Positions 34,021 through 43,968 of a stretch of 64,000 bases of DNA are shown piece after piece (the stretch's first letter is position 1; the number at the start of each line of letters is the position of its first letter). Source of the stretch: an uncultured Solirubrobacterales bacterium. Lineage in GTDB: Bacteria > Actinomycetota > Thermoleophilia > Solirubrobacterales > 70-9. The translations under genes were made by a program, and so were the position numbers. The stretch is from the NCBI GenBank assembly GCA_963695675.1, contig CAVOGY010000002.1, positions 159,491-223,490 of the forward strand, given 5' to 3'. Under the pieces are notes generated by a model, which saw nothing but the letters and a program-made list of their open reading frames with translations, had not been told where the DNA came from and did not search any database.

Positions 34021-34647
34021 TCAGTCTTCCCTGGAATCCGCCGCGGTGTGGCTCGCGGGCGGGGTGCGATCAGCCGCCGTGCGGCTGGCCCGCGCTGCGA
34101 GATCCGCCGCCGCGCGCGCGCGTGCCGGGCGGGGATCCTCAGGGTCCCCGGCGAGGTTCGCCTCGACCAGCTGCGCGCAACCCAGTGCCGCCGCCGCGGC
34201 CAGCTCTCCGGCCACGACCGCGTCCGCCGTGAACGCCCAGTCTCCGGCGCCGGCGACCTCAGCGGCTCGCTCGGCGACCGCAGCGGCACCCTCGGCGATC
34301 GCCAGTGGCGGGTCGCTGGCTCGATCCAACGCCCTGGCATGTTCTCGCCCCTCGCTGGCCGTGGCCACCCGCGCATACGCCCGGGCATCCTCGTTGCCGG
34401 CCGCGAGCAGGCGCCCTCGCAGCTTGCCGGCTTGCTGGGCCAGCACGCGCATGCGGTCCGCGGCCTCGGCTCCGGTGCCACGGTTCTGCGCAGCAATCCG
34501 CTTTGCGGCCAGCGCGGCCGCGAGCTCGACGACGCCGGCGGCGGCCGCGGCGGTCAGCGCCGAGGCGACACCTGCAGCGGGGGGTTCCCCGGGCGAGGCC
34601 AGGTCTGCCAGGGCCTCCCCAACGCGTTGGCTGCCGAACTCGGCCAT
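34021..34647 (-). CDS. fch: cyclodeaminase/cyclohydrolase family protein (FTCD C-terminal type; methenyl-THF cyclohydrolase-like)
   Basis: 208-aa Ala-rich helical protein with PAAGVASALTAAAAAGVVELAA, characteristic of the family. It lies 9 nt downstream of fhs. Confidence 0.7.
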   Translation of the reverse strand: MAEFGSQRVGEALADLASPGEPPAAGVASALTAAAAAGVVELAAALAAKRIAAQNRGTGAEAADRMRVLAQQAGKLRGRLLAAGNEDARAYARVATASEGREHARALDRASDPPLAIAEGAAAVAERAAEVAGAGDWAFTADAVVAGELAAAAALGCAQLVEANLAGDPEDPRPARARAAADLAARASRTAADRTPPASHTAADSRED

Positions 34648-34656
34648 CGCTCAGGG

Positions 34657-36333
34657 CTAGAACAGCCCGACCGTCCGGCCCTCGGCGTCGACGTCCACGT
34701 TGTGGGCGGCGGGTGTCTTGCCCAAGCCCGGCATCTGCTGGATGGCGCCGCACAGGGGCACGAGCCAGCCGGCGCCGGTATAGGCGCGAACGTCCCGGAC
34801 CGGGAGCTGGAAACCGGTGGGGGCACCGAGCAGCTCGGGGTCTGCCGAGAGGGAGAGCGGGGTCTTGGCCATGCAGATCGGCAGATGGGCAAGGCCCTGG
34901 TCCGTGAACTGCCGGATCTTGCGCTCTGCCTCGAGGTAGTAGACGATTTCCGCGGCGCCGTAGATGCGCTCGCCGATCGCCTCGATCTTCGACTTGACGT
35001 CGTCGTCATCGTCGTAGAGAAGGCGGAGATCGTTTGGCCCGTCGCAAGCGTCGGCGACGGCCTCGGCCAGCTCGGCGGTTCCCTTGCCGCCCTCAGCGAA
35101 GCCGGTGCTGATCGCGGCCCCCGCCGCGCCCCCCTCTTCGGCGAGATGCCTGACCAGCTCAACCTCCTCGTCCGTGTCCTCCGGCCTGCGGTTGACGGCC
35201 ACTACGGCGGGCAATCCGAATTCCTCCACGATGCCCAGATGGCGATAGAGGTTGGCGATCCCGGCCTCGATCGCCTTCCGAGCCCGCGTCTTGCTCGCCC
35301 CTTCGGCCTCGTCGAGACCCCCATGGTGCTTCAGCGCCCGCACCGTCGCGACCAGGACCACTGCGCTGGGGCGGATCCCGCCCGCCCGGCAGACGATGTC
35401 GATGAACTTCTCCATCCCCATGTCCGAACCGAACCCGGATTCGGTGACGACGTAATCCCCGAGCTTCAGCCCAAGCAGGTCGGCGATCAGGGATGAGTTG
35501 CCGTGGGCGATGTTCGCGAACGGCCCGGCGTGCATCAGGCAGGGCTGCCCCTCGAGAGTCTGGATCAGGTTCGGCTTGATCGCATCCTTCAACAGGACGG
35601 TCATCGCTCCGGCTGCCCCCAGGTCGTCGGCGGTCACCGGCTCGCCCTCGTGGGAGTAGGCGGCGGTGACCTTTCCAAGCCGCTCGCGCAGGTCCTGGAC
35701 GTCGCGGGCGACGGCGAGGATCGCCATCACCTCGGAGGCGGCCGTGATATCGAACCCGCTCTCGCGGGGGTAGCCGTTGGCGGGGCCGCCGAGGCCGAGT
35801 GCCACCGCGCGCAGGGCCCGGTCGTTCATGTCGACTGCTCGCTTCCAGGTCACCCGGAGAGCGTCGATCTTGTGAGGGTTGCCGTGAAGGATCGACGCGT
35901 CGAGCAGGGCCGCGAGCAGATTGTTGGCTGCGCCGATCGCGTGAATGTCGCCGGTGAAGTGGAGGTTGAGGTCCTCCATGGGCACCACCTGGGCGAGCCC
36001 GCCGCCGGCGGCGCCGCCCTTGATTCCGAACACGGGACCGAGGGAGGGCTCCCTCAGGCAGAGGACCGGACTCTTGCCTATGTGGCCCAAGCCCTCCGTC
36101 AGCGCCACCGAGGTGGTGGTCTTTCCCTCGCCGGCCCTCGTCGGCGTCATACCGGCGACGCAGACGAGCTTGGCGTCCGGCCTGCCGGCGAGCCGGTCGA
36201 TCGCAGCGAGCGAGATCTTCGCCTTGTTTCGTCCGTAGGGCTCGATCTCGTCGGGCTCGAGTCCGACTCGCTCGCCGATCACGTCAATCGGTTCGAGCTG
36301 CGCTTCCTGGGCGATCTCGAGGCTGGTCTTCAT
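34657..36333 (-). CDS. fhs: formate--tetrahydrofolate ligase
   Basis: 558 aa. MKTSLEIAQEAQLEPI..., with the block PTRAGEGKTTTSVAL and collinearity over the full length. Confidence 0.95.
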   Translation of the reverse strand: MKTSLEIAQEAQLEPIDVIGERVGLEPDEIEPYGRNKAKISLAAIDRLAGRPDAKLVCVAGMTPTRAGEGKTTTSVALTEGLGHIGKSPVLCLREPSLGPVFGIKGGAAGGGLAQVVPMEDLNLHFTGDIHAIGAANNLLAALLDASILHGNPHKIDALRVTWKRAVDMNDRALRAVALGLGGPANGYPRESGFDITAASEVMAILAVARDVQDLRERLGKVTAAYSHEGEPVTADDLGAAGAMTVLLKDAIKPNLIQTLEGQPCLMHAGPFANIAHGNSSLIADLLGLKLGDYVVTESGFGSDMGMEKFIDIVCRAGGIRPSAVVLVATVRALKHHGGLDEAEGASKTRARKAIEAGIANLYRHLGIVEEFGLPAVVAVNRRPEDTDEEVELVRHLAEEGGAAGAAISTGFAEGGKGTAELAEAVADACDGPNDLRLLYDDDDDVKSKIEAIGERIYGAAEIVYYLEAERKIRQFTDQGLAHLPICMAKTPLSLSADPELLGAPTGFQLPVRDVRAYTGAGWLVPLCGAIQQMPGLGKTPAAHNVDVDAEGRTVGLF

Positions 36334-36355
36334 CTCTTCCTTCTCTCCTTATCGA

Positions 36356-37573
36356 TCAATGCGAGACTGCCGCCGCGCCCACCTCGGAGACCAGCCGGTC
36401 TTCATAGAAGCGCTCGAGCGCGAACGACTCGATCAGCTCGGGGACCTCGTCAGTGGCGATCAGCTCGGCCATCGTCTTGCCGACGATCGGCGCGGCCTTG
36501 AAGCCGTAGGTGCCCCAGCCGGCGCTGAGCAGGAAGCCGTCGACCTCCGTCCGGCCGAGGATCGGGCTGTAGTCGGGGGTGATGTCGCAGAGTCCCGCCC
36601 AGCTGCGGAGCATGCGGGCGCGCTCCAGTTGGGGGAAGAGCTCGAGGGTGTGGCGGGAGCACTCCTGCAGGAAGGTGAGTGTCCCCTGCTGGCGGTAGGT
36701 GGTCCAGGGCTCGATCTCGGCACCGATCAGGAACTCCCCGCGGTCGGTCTGAGAGATGTAGACGTGCATCTGCGAGGAGACGACGACGATGTCGAGCAGG
36801 GGCTTCAGCGCCTCGGTTACGAAGGCCTGCAGGATGTGAGTGGTGATCGGAAGCTGGATACCGGCCAGCGCGGCGACGGTCGAGCTCCAGCCGGCGGTGG
36901 CGCTGACGACCGTCCCGGCGTCGATCCTTCTGCCATCGGCGAGGGCGACTCCGGTGGCACGACCGTTGGAGCGCTCGATCCCGGTGACCTGCCGGTACGG
37001 GTGGACCTCAGCGCCCGCCGCGTCGGCGGCGCTCGCCAGTCCCCACACGACCGCGTCGTGACGGATGATGCCGCCGGGCGGGTGGTAGAGCGCGCCCATC
37101 ACCGGATAGACGGCGTCTGGACTCAGCGCCATCGCCGGCGCCAGGCGTGCGATCTCCTTCGGGCCTATCACCCGGGAGTCGATCCCGGCCAGCCGGTTGA
37201 CCTCGGCTCGCTCGTTCATCACGAACATCGCCCGATCGGTGTGCGCCAGGGTCAGATGGCCCTGCTGCGAGAAGAGAAGGTTGAAGTGCAGCTCTGACGA
37301 GAGCCCCTCGTAGAGCCGTACCGAGGCGTCGTAGAACCGCGCCCCCTCCGGCGTCTTGTAGTTGGCACGCAGGATGGTCGTGTTGCGCCCGGCGGCGCCG
37401 GAGCCGATGTAGCCCTGCTCGAGCACGCAGACGTCCGTGATCCCGTGGTCGCGGGCCAGGTAGTAGGCGATCGCCAGCCCGTGCGAGCCGCCGCCGACGA
37501 TGACGACGTCGTAGCGGTCCTTGAGGTCCGGCGTCCGGCGCCACATGCGGCGCTTGCGGAAGAGGTCACGCAT
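36356..37573 (-). CDS. soxB: heterotetrameric sarcosine oxidase beta-subunit family (N-methylglutamate dehydrogenase subunit by context)
   Basis: YDVVIVGGGSHGLAIAYYLARDHG. 405 aa from MRDLFRKRRMW. The start overlaps the soxG stop. Confidence 0.9.
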   Translation of the reverse strand: MRDLFRKRRMWRRTPDLKDRYDVVIVGGGSHGLAIAYYLARDHGITDVCVLEQGYIGSGAAGRNTTILRANYKTPEGARFYDASVRLYEGLSSELHFNLLFSQQGHLTLAHTDRAMFVMNERAEVNRLAGIDSRVIGPKEIARLAPAMALSPDAVYPVMGALYHPPGGIIRHDAVVWGLASAADAAGAEVHPYRQVTGIERSNGRATGVALADGRRIDAGTVVSATAGWSSTVAALAGIQLPITTHILQAFVTEALKPLLDIVVVSSQMHVYISQTDRGEFLIGAEIEPWTTYRQQGTLTFLQECSRHTLELFPQLERARMLRSWAGLCDITPDYSPILGRTEVDGFLLSAGWGTYGFKAAPIVGKTMAELIATDEVPELIESFALERFYEDRLVSEVGAAAVSH

Positions 37574-38312
37574 GAACGCCCTCCGCGGTCCGTGCCTGGG
37601 CCTCCAGGGCCTTGACCCCGATTGCCCTGCCGCCCAGATGTCGCGCCGCGTCGACGAAGACAGTCCAGACGTAGTGCGCAAACCCGGATCCGAAGAGATG
37701 CAGGTACAGGTCGGCTCCCTGTCGCAGCATCATCCCGGGCGTCCGGGCTACCGAGACGGGGGCGAACTCTCCCTCGCCGAACCGATCCGGCCTGAGGTCG
37801 AGCGCCATCGTCCTGGCGAAGGTCTCACGGGCGAGGGGCCCGGTCACCGCGTTGGACCCGTAGGCCGCCGTCAGCTCGACCACCGAGGCGAACGGGGCGT
37901 CAGCGGCGGCTGCCTCGAGCCGGTCGCGCATCTGCCCCGTTCTCTCCGGCGGGGTCAGGGCCAGCACGCGCCCCATCGTGATCGGGCACCACCAAACCCC
38001 TTCGTGCAGCGTCGCCCGCCCCGGCGCCAGTGCGCCCCCGCCGGTGAGCTCCGCCACGATCGACGAGGCGATCCCGGGCTCCGCCTGGAGCTCCAACTTG
38101 CCTAGGAATGAGAGATCGGCGACCCCGACCGAGTCCCGGCGGGCGACCAGCTCGGCGCCCGGGTTCCCATAGTCGGTCACCACCCGCCAGCCGGCGCGCT
38201 CGGTGAAGTTCGCCCCCTGACTGCGATGGGTCCACTCGATCGGGCTGCGAAGCTCGGGCCGGGTCCCGTCCAGGGACTGGGCGGCGTCGGGGGCGAGGAA
38301 CTCGAAGCTCAT
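37566..38312 (-). CDS. soxG: sarcosine oxidase gamma-subunit family protein
   Basis: 248 aa; position and size fit SoxG. It is translationally coupled on both sides. The family call rests mainly on synteny. Confidence 0.7.
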   Translation of the reverse strand: MSFEFLAPDAAQSLDGTRPELRSPIEWTHRSQGANFTERAGWRVVTDYGNPGAELVARRDSVGVADLSFLGKLELQAEPGIASSIVAELTGGGALAPGRATLHEGVWWCPITMGRVLALTPPERTGQMRDRLEAAAADAPFASVVELTAAYGSNAVTGPLARETFARTMALDLRPDRFGEGEFAPVSVARTPGMMLRQGADLYLHLFGSGFAHYVWTVFVDAARHLGGRAIGVKALEAQARTAEGVHA

Positions 38313-41197
38313 CCCCGGAGCCGTTCCTGGTCGGGGTCATAGAAGGGCGCTGTCTGCACCTGTGCCCGCAGGCGCCGACCGTTGTCGGCCAGCGTGATCT
38401 CGGTGCCGTCCTCGGCCAGCGAGGCCGGGACCCAGGCCATTCCGATGGTCTTCTCGAGCTTGGGGGAGAAGCGGGAGGAGGTGACCCGGCCCACCGGCTG
38501 CTCACCATTGCCGACCACAGCTGCGCCCTCGGTGGGCACTGCCCCGTTGCTCATCGTGAAGCCGACCAGCTTGTTCTCGTCACCCCGCTCCTGAACGGAC
38601 TCCAGCGCCCAGCGGCCGATGAAGTCCTCCTCCTTGTCGAGCTTGACGATCCACGGCATCGCCGCCTCCAGCGGGTTGGACTCCGCGTCGGTGTCCTGGC
38701 CGACGAGGATGTGCATCTTCTGCAGGCGCAGCACCCGCTGAGGCTCGAGGCCGAACGGCCTGATGCCGAATGGCTCGCCGGCCTCGATCAGGGCGTCCCA
38801 GAGATGCTCGGCCAGCGAGCCGGGACAGTGAAGCTCGTATCCGAGCTCGCCGACGAACCCGATCCGCAGCAGCAGGCAGGGGACTCCGGCCACGTGGGCA
38901 CGCTTGCCGTCGAGGTAGCTGAACGAGTCGTTGGAGCAGTCGAGATCGGTGAGCCCGGAGAGGATCTCCCGCGAGTCTGGCCCGGCGAGGTTGAACGCCG
39001 CGAGGCCCTGGCTGACGTCCGTGAGGTGGACGTTCAGCTTCCACTCTGCGAGCCACCAGGCGAACCAGCCCTCGACCGCGTCGGCCCCGCTGGAGGTGGT
39101 GGTGACGTAGTAGGAAAGGTCATCCAGCCGGCAGATCGTGCCGTCGTCGGTGATCCGGCCCGCGTCGTCGCCGAGCACGCCGTAGCGGATCCGGCCCGGC
39201 TTCAGATTGTCGAACCGGTTGGGGTAGAGGAGGTTGAGGAACAGCGGCGCCTCCGGCCCACGCACCACGAGCTTTCCCAGGGTGGAGACGTCGATCAGAC
39301 CGGCCCCGTCGTGCACGGCCATCGTCTCTTCCCTTGGATCGCCGTAGTCGTAAGGACGGCGCCAGTCACCCGCCCAGAGCACGTCGCCACCGAGCTCGCG
39401 ATGGCGCCCGTGGACCGCGGAGCGCTTCGCCGGCTCGAAGGGCCGGCCCGCCAGCACTCCCATCGGCACGCTCGACCAGGGTGGCCTGGCGGTGGTCAGC
39501 CCAACCTCTTCGACGGGGACGCCGGTGTGCTCCGACATCTTGCGGATCGAGGCGAGCTGGCACATCCGCCCCTGGCAAGGGCCCATGGTCACCGTCGTGT
39601 AGCGCTTCAAGAGCTCCAGCGAGTCGAATCCCTCGTCGATCGAAAAGTCGATGTCATCCGTGGTGACGTCCTCACAGAGGCAGGCGAAGCACTTCCCGTG
39701 ACCGCGGCTGGCGCCGGCGGCGGCCGGCGGCTCGGCCCGAATCCCGGCGTCGGCCTCGCCCTCCAGGGCCTCGCGGGCGGCGGCGAGCCCGTCGCGGTCG
39801 CGCTCGTTCCCGTAGCCAAGTGAGAGCGCCGCCTCGGTGCCGGCGATCGCGCCCGACGCCTCGGCTCGTGCTGCTGACTCGTGACCGGCGACCGCCCCCG
39901 CCGCGTAGATGCCCGGCGGGGTCTCCCCCGGGATGTACGCACCGCTCTCCTGATCCCACTTCGCCTTGGCGCCGGCCTGGAGGAGCAAGGAGCCCGATGG
40001 GACGCTGCCGCCGGAGACTGCGACGAGGTCGCAGTCGAGTCCGCGCTCAGTCTCGGGATCGGGGCGCCCATCATCGCCGAGCTGGGCGACCACCACGCCC
40101 TTGACCCGCTTGCGGCCGAAGGCCCTGACCAGGACGGTGCCTCGCAACAGCGGGATCCCCTCCCTTTCGATCTGCGCTGACAGCCCGTCAGCGGCCCCGC
40201 TGGGACGCGCGTCGGCGACCCCGGCAAGGGCCACGCCCGCCGCAGCCAGGGCGACGGCGGATTCGAGACCGCGATCGGTCGTGGTCGCGACCACCCCCCT
40301 CTTCCCGGGCCGCACCCCGTAGAGGGCGGCGAGGCGCTCCGCGCCGGAGCACAGCATCACCCCGGGCAGGTCGTTGCCCTCGAACATCAGCGGCTGCTCG
40401 ATCGAGCCGGTGGCTGTGATGTGGGCCGCGGCCCGAACCTGATGCAGCGTGCTCCCACACCAGACCGGCACGAGCCCGTCGAAGTAGCCGATCGCCGCCG
40501 CCGGCGCCAGCACCTCGATTCCTGCGTCGCGCACCCTCCCGGCCAACTCGCTCGCCGCGCCGGCCGAATCGCCGGCGAGCAGCGACCCGCCGAGCTCCGG
40601 GCCATCGTCCACCAGCACGACGTCCGCACCGAGCTCTGCGGCCCGGAGCGCGGCCGACATGCCGGCGACGCCGCCGCCGATCACCAGGACGTCCGCATGG
40701 CGCCGTCGGTACTCGGTGCGCCACTCACGCTCGGCCTGCCGCCGTGGCAGCCGGCCGAGGCCGGCGGCATGGCGCAAGAGCTTCTCGTAGAGCGGCCACA
40801 GACGGCGGGGCCGGATGAATGTCTTGTAGTAGAAGCCGGGCGGTGTCAGCCGGCTGCCGACGAGATCGGTCCCCCTCATCAGGTCGAAGCGCAGCGAGGG
40901 CGTCGCGTTCATGTGCCTCACGTCCATGCCCTCGCGAACGGGCTCGGTGCAGGCGCGGACGCCCGGCCAGCCGTCGACCTCGACCAGGCAGTTCGGGCAG
41001 TGGCCCGCGCAGCAGAGCAGCCCCCGGGGCCGGTGGTACTTGAAGCTGCGGGAGATCACCCGTCGGCCGGACGCATGAAGCGCGGAGCCGATCGTGTCTC
41101 CCTCGTATGCGTCCACGCGCTTGCCGTCGAACTTGAAGCCGACCGGACGGCGGCGGTCGATTCGCTGGCTGGTTCCGGGCGGCAGGCGGTCGCTCAT
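38309..41197 (-). CDS. soxA: sarcosine oxidase alpha-subunit family protein (2Fe-2S-like N-terminus, FAD/NAD fold, GcvT-like folate-binding C-terminus)
   Basis: Blocks are CCAGHCPNCLVEVDG, DVLVIGGGVAGMSAA and a C-terminal aminomethyltransferase-type RIGFVGELGYELH. 962 aa from MSDRLPPG. Confidence 0.9.
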   Translation of the reverse strand: MSDRLPPGTSQRIDRRRPVGFKFDGKRVDAYEGDTIGSALHASGRRVISRSFKYHRPRGLLCCAGHCPNCLVEVDGWPGVRACTEPVREGMDVRHMNATPSLRFDLMRGTDLVGSRLTPPGFYYKTFIRPRRLWPLYEKLLRHAAGLGRLPRRQAEREWRTEYRRRHADVLVIGGGVAGMSAALRAAELGADVVLVDDGPELGGSLLAGDSAGAASELAGRVRDAGIEVLAPAAAIGYFDGLVPVWCGSTLHQVRAAAHITATGSIEQPLMFEGNDLPGVMLCSGAERLAALYGVRPGKRGVVATTTDRGLESAVALAAAGVALAGVADARPSGAADGLSAQIEREGIPLLRGTVLVRAFGRKRVKGVVVAQLGDDGRPDPETERGLDCDLVAVSGGSVPSGSLLLQAGAKAKWDQESGAYIPGETPPGIYAAGAVAGHESAARAEASGAIAGTEAALSLGYGNERDRDGLAAAREALEGEADAGIRAEPPAAAGASRGHGKCFACLCEDVTTDDIDFSIDEGFDSLELLKRYTTVTMGPCQGRMCQLASIRKMSEHTGVPVEEVGLTTARPPWSSVPMGVLAGRPFEPAKRSAVHGRHRELGGDVLWAGDWRRPYDYGDPREETMAVHDGAGLIDVSTLGKLVVRGPEAPLFLNLLYPNRFDNLKPGRIRYGVLGDDAGRITDDGTICRLDDLSYYVTTTSSGADAVEGWFAWWLAEWKLNVHLTDVSQGLAAFNLAGPDSREILSGLTDLDCSNDSFSYLDGKRAHVAGVPCLLLRIGFVGELGYELHCPGSLAEHLWDALIEAGEPFGIRPFGLEPQRVLRLQKMHILVGQDTDAESNPLEAAMPWIVKLDKEEDFIGRWALESVQERGDENKLVGFTMSNGAVPTEGAAVVGNGEQPVGRVTSSRFSPKLEKTIGMAWVPASLAEDGTEITLADNGRRLRAQVQTAPFYDPDQERLRG

Positions 41198-41445
41198 TCG
41201 GGCAACCCGACCCAGCTCACCTGGTTGGTGATGGTGTCCCGATCCGCCACGAACCAGGCACGGCAGCCCGACCGGTGGTACCACCACTCGCGCTGGACCC
41301 CTGCCAGGTTGCGGCGGAAATAGTTGTAGGCGTTGAGCTCCCGCTGGGAGGGCTTGCTGGACGGCCGCGGAACCACCTCGCCGCCGAAGACGAAGTCGGT
41401 GACCTCCCGCGGGCCACAGTTGGGACAGGTGAGTAGGAAAGACAT
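41194..41445 (-). CDS. soxD: sarcosine oxidase delta-subunit family protein
   Basis: 83 aa: MSFLLTCPNCGPREVTDFVFGGEVV...EWWYHRSGCRAWF. The stop overlaps the soxA start (ATGA). Confidence 0.85.
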   Translation of the reverse strand: MSFLLTCPNCGPREVTDFVFGGEVVPRPSSKPSQRELNAYNYFRRNLAGVQREWWYHRSGCRAWFVADRDTITNQVSWVGLPE

Positions 41446-41489
41446 GGCGCTACCGCTTGTTGGCCTGTCAACGGACCTCTCTTTGCGCC

Positions 41490-41518
41490 ATACTAGACAA
41501 ATTGGTCCAAACGTGCAA
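41490..41518 (-). promoter_or_regulatory. sigma-70-like promoter for soxD operon (-35 TTGCAC, 17-nt spacer, -10 TAGTAT) with the palindrome TTTGGACCAA inside the spacer
   Basis: Minus strand reads TTGCACgtttggaccaatttgtcTAGTAT, about 45 nt upstream of the soxD ATG. The core TGGTCCAAA recurs at 25304-25312. Confidence 0.5.
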
Positions 41519-41673
41519 AAGCAATCGGAGCTTGGGTTGACTGGCCCCCAGGCCGCTGGCCCGTGGGCAGAGCGGATCAACCGAGACTATGTTGTCGGTC
41601 CACATAGGGTGGCGGGCAATCCTGGCGGGGGCGACCATTGCCGGGACGCCTCCTATGTGAGATACATCCAGCT

Positions 41674-43044
41674 ATGAGTAAGAATGCTCGCCCGACAGCT
41701 GACGATGTCCGCAAGGCCGTCAAGGACGACGGCATCGAGTTCCTGTTCGCGAACTTCGTGGACATGCACGCGAGACCGAGCGCCAAGCTGGTCCCGGCCG
41801 AGGAGCTCGAGGCGCTGTTCACCGACGGCGCCGGCTTCGCGGGGTTCGCCGCCGGCGACATCGGCCAGGCGCCGAGCGACCCCGACATGATCGCGATGCC
41901 CGACGTCGGCTCCTTCACGAAGCTGCCCTGGAAGCCCAACGTCGGCTGGTTCGCCTCCGACGTGACCGTCGAGGGAGAGGAGTGGCCGTACGACCCGCGC
42001 ACGATCCTGCGTCACCAGATGAAGCGCTGCGAGGACGCCGGCTACCAGTTCTTGATCGGCTACGAGCACGAGTACTTCCTGCTGCGCAGGACCGAGGACG
42101 GCGGCATCGAGATCGCGGACGACCTCGACACCCTCGAGCTCCCCTGCTACGACATTCGTGCCCTGACCCGGAGCTTCGACTTCGTCTCAGACGTGATCAA
42201 GAACGTCAACTCGCTGGGGTGGGAGCTGTACGCGACCGACCATGAGGACGCCAACGGGCAGTTCGAGCAGAACTTCGGCCCCGCCGACCCATTGACGAGC
42301 GGCGATCGCGCGATCTTCTACCGATACATGGTGGAGGCGATGGCACAGGAGCGCGGGCTGATCGCCACCTTCATGCCGAAGCCCTTCGGCAACCTGACCG
42401 GCAACGGCTGCCACATGCACATGAGCCTCTGGGACGGGGATACCAACGTGTTCCTAGAGGACCGCGAGAAAGACGAGCGGGGGATGGGTTTGAGCGAGAC
42501 GGGCTACCAGTTCCTCGCCGGGCTCAAGAAGCACGCCAAGGCCTACATCGCGTTGACCGCACCAATCGTCAGCTCGTACAAGCGGCTTGTGATCGGAGCA
42601 CCCACCAGCGGCGCCACCTGGGCTCCCGCCTATGTCACCTATGGGTGGAACAACCGGACGATGATGCTTCGCATCCCCGCGGAGGGGCGGATCGAGGACA
42701 GGACGGTCGACGGCGCCTGCAACCCCTACCTGGCGGCCACCGCCGTGCTCGCCGCCGGCCTCGACGGGATCGAGAACGGCCTCGACCCGGGAGAGCCGAC
42801 CAACATCAACATGTATGAGACCAGCGAGGAGGACCGCAAGAAGCTGGGCATCGAGACGCTCCCGGCCAATCTGCTCGACGCCACGCGCGAGCTGGAGGGC
42901 GACGAGGTGCTTCGCAAGGCCTTCGGCTCGGTCGGAGACGAGGACTACATCGACTACTTCATCCGCTGCAAGCGTCGCGAGTGGCAGCAGGCTCACGAGC
43001 AGATCACCAAATGGGAGATCGACCGTTACCTGCAGCTCGCCTGA
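41674..43044 (+). CDS. gmaS: glutamine-synthetase-family protein, gamma-glutamylmethylamide-synthetase-like by context (module 2)
   Basis: 456 aa with GS blocks HEDANGQFEQNF, FMPKPF, GNGCHMHMSLWD, SSYKR and NRTMMLRIP. It lies beside the mgs-like and sox-like genes. The symbol is assigned from synteny, not proven. Confidence 0.75.
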   Translation: MSKNARPTADDVRKAVKDDGIEFLFANFVDMHARPSAKLVPAEELEALFTDGAGFAGFAAGDIGQAPSDPDMIAMPDVGSFTKLPWKPNVGWFASDVTVEGEEWPYDPRTILRHQMKRCEDAGYQFLIGYEHEYFLLRRTEDGGIEIADDLDTLELPCYDIRALTRSFDFVSDVIKNVNSLGWELYATDHEDANGQFEQNFGPADPLTSGDRAIFYRYMVEAMAQERGLIATFMPKPFGNLTGNGCHMHMSLWDGDTNVFLEDREKDERGMGLSETGYQFLAGLKKHAKAYIALTAPIVSSYKRLVIGAPTSGATWAPAYVTYGWNNRTMMLRIPAEGRIEDRTVDGACNPYLAATAVLAAGLDGIENGLDPGEPTNINMYETSEEDRKKLGIETLPANLLDATRELEGDEVLRKAFGSVGDEDYIDYFIRCKRREWQQAHEQITKWEIDRYLQLA

Positions 43045-43059
43045 GAACGAGGTTCACAG

Positions 43060-43968
43060 ATGTGCGGCATCGCTGGGCTGTTCAGCAAGTCAAGCACCGT
43101 TGAGGAGACCCTCGGCACGCATTTGAGCGCGATGCTGGGCCAGCTCGCAGAGCGCGGGCCCGACAGCGCCGGGGTGGCGCTCTACCGTGATCCCGCCCCG
43201 GCCGGGTCGTGCAAGGTGTCGCTCTTCTCGCCCGAGGAGGACTATCCCTGGCATGAGCTCGGCAGGGAGCTGTCCGAGAGCTTCGGCGAAGTCGGCGACC
43301 CCGAGGTCCGCGCCACCCACGCACTGTTCGTGGTCGATGACGACGGCGAGCAGCTGCAGCGCTGGCTCGGCGCGCGCCACCCCGAGCTGCGGGTGATGAG
43401 CGTGGGCGAGCGCATCGAGATCTACAAGGAGGCCGGGGACCCGCGCGACTTCATCAAGCGCTTCGGTCTGGAGCAGGTCTCGGCCACCCACGCGCTCGGC
43501 CACACCCGGATGGCGACCGAGAGCCGCGTCACCACCGAGCACTCCCACCCGTTCTCGACGGGACTCGATCTCTGCCTGGTCCACAACGGCTCGCTCTCCA
43601 ACCACAACCGGCTGCGCGTCTTCCTGCGCGGCCAGGGAATCGAATTCCAGACCGACAATGACTCCGAGGTCGCGGCCGGCTTCCTCACCTGGCGGCTCTC
43701 GGAGGGCGACGATCTGGAGACCGCGCTGGAGCGGTGCCTGACCGATCTCGACGGCTTCTACACCTTCGCGGTCGGCACCGCTGACGGCTTCGCGGTGCTC
43801 CGCGACCCGATTGCATGCAAGCCGGCGGTGATGGCCGAGACCGACGACTGGGTGGCGATGGCCTCGGAGTACCGGGCGATCGCCACGCTGCCCGGCGCCG
43901 AGGACGCGCGCCAGTGGGAGCCCGAGCCCGCGCGTGTCTATTCCTGGCAGCGGGCGAAGGTGGCGTGA
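43060..43968 (+). CDS. mgsA: class-II (Ntn) glutamine amidotransferase, MgsA/GlxB-like (module 2)
   Basis: MCGIAGLF N-terminus and the HTRMATES block. 302 aa. Confidence 0.8.
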   Translation: MCGIAGLFSKSSTVEETLGTHLSAMLGQLAERGPDSAGVALYRDPAPAGSCKVSLFSPEEDYPWHELGRELSESFGEVGDPEVRATHALFVVDDDGEQLQRWLGARHPELRVMSVGERIEIYKEAGDPRDFIKRFGLEQVSATHALGHTRMATESRVTTEHSHPFSTGLDLCLVHNGSLSNHNRLRVFLRGQGIEFQTDNDSEVAAGFLTWRLSEGDDLETALERCLTDLDGFYTFAVGTADGFAVLRDPIACKPAVMAETDDWVAMASEYRAIATLPGAEDARQWEPEPARVYSWQRAKVA

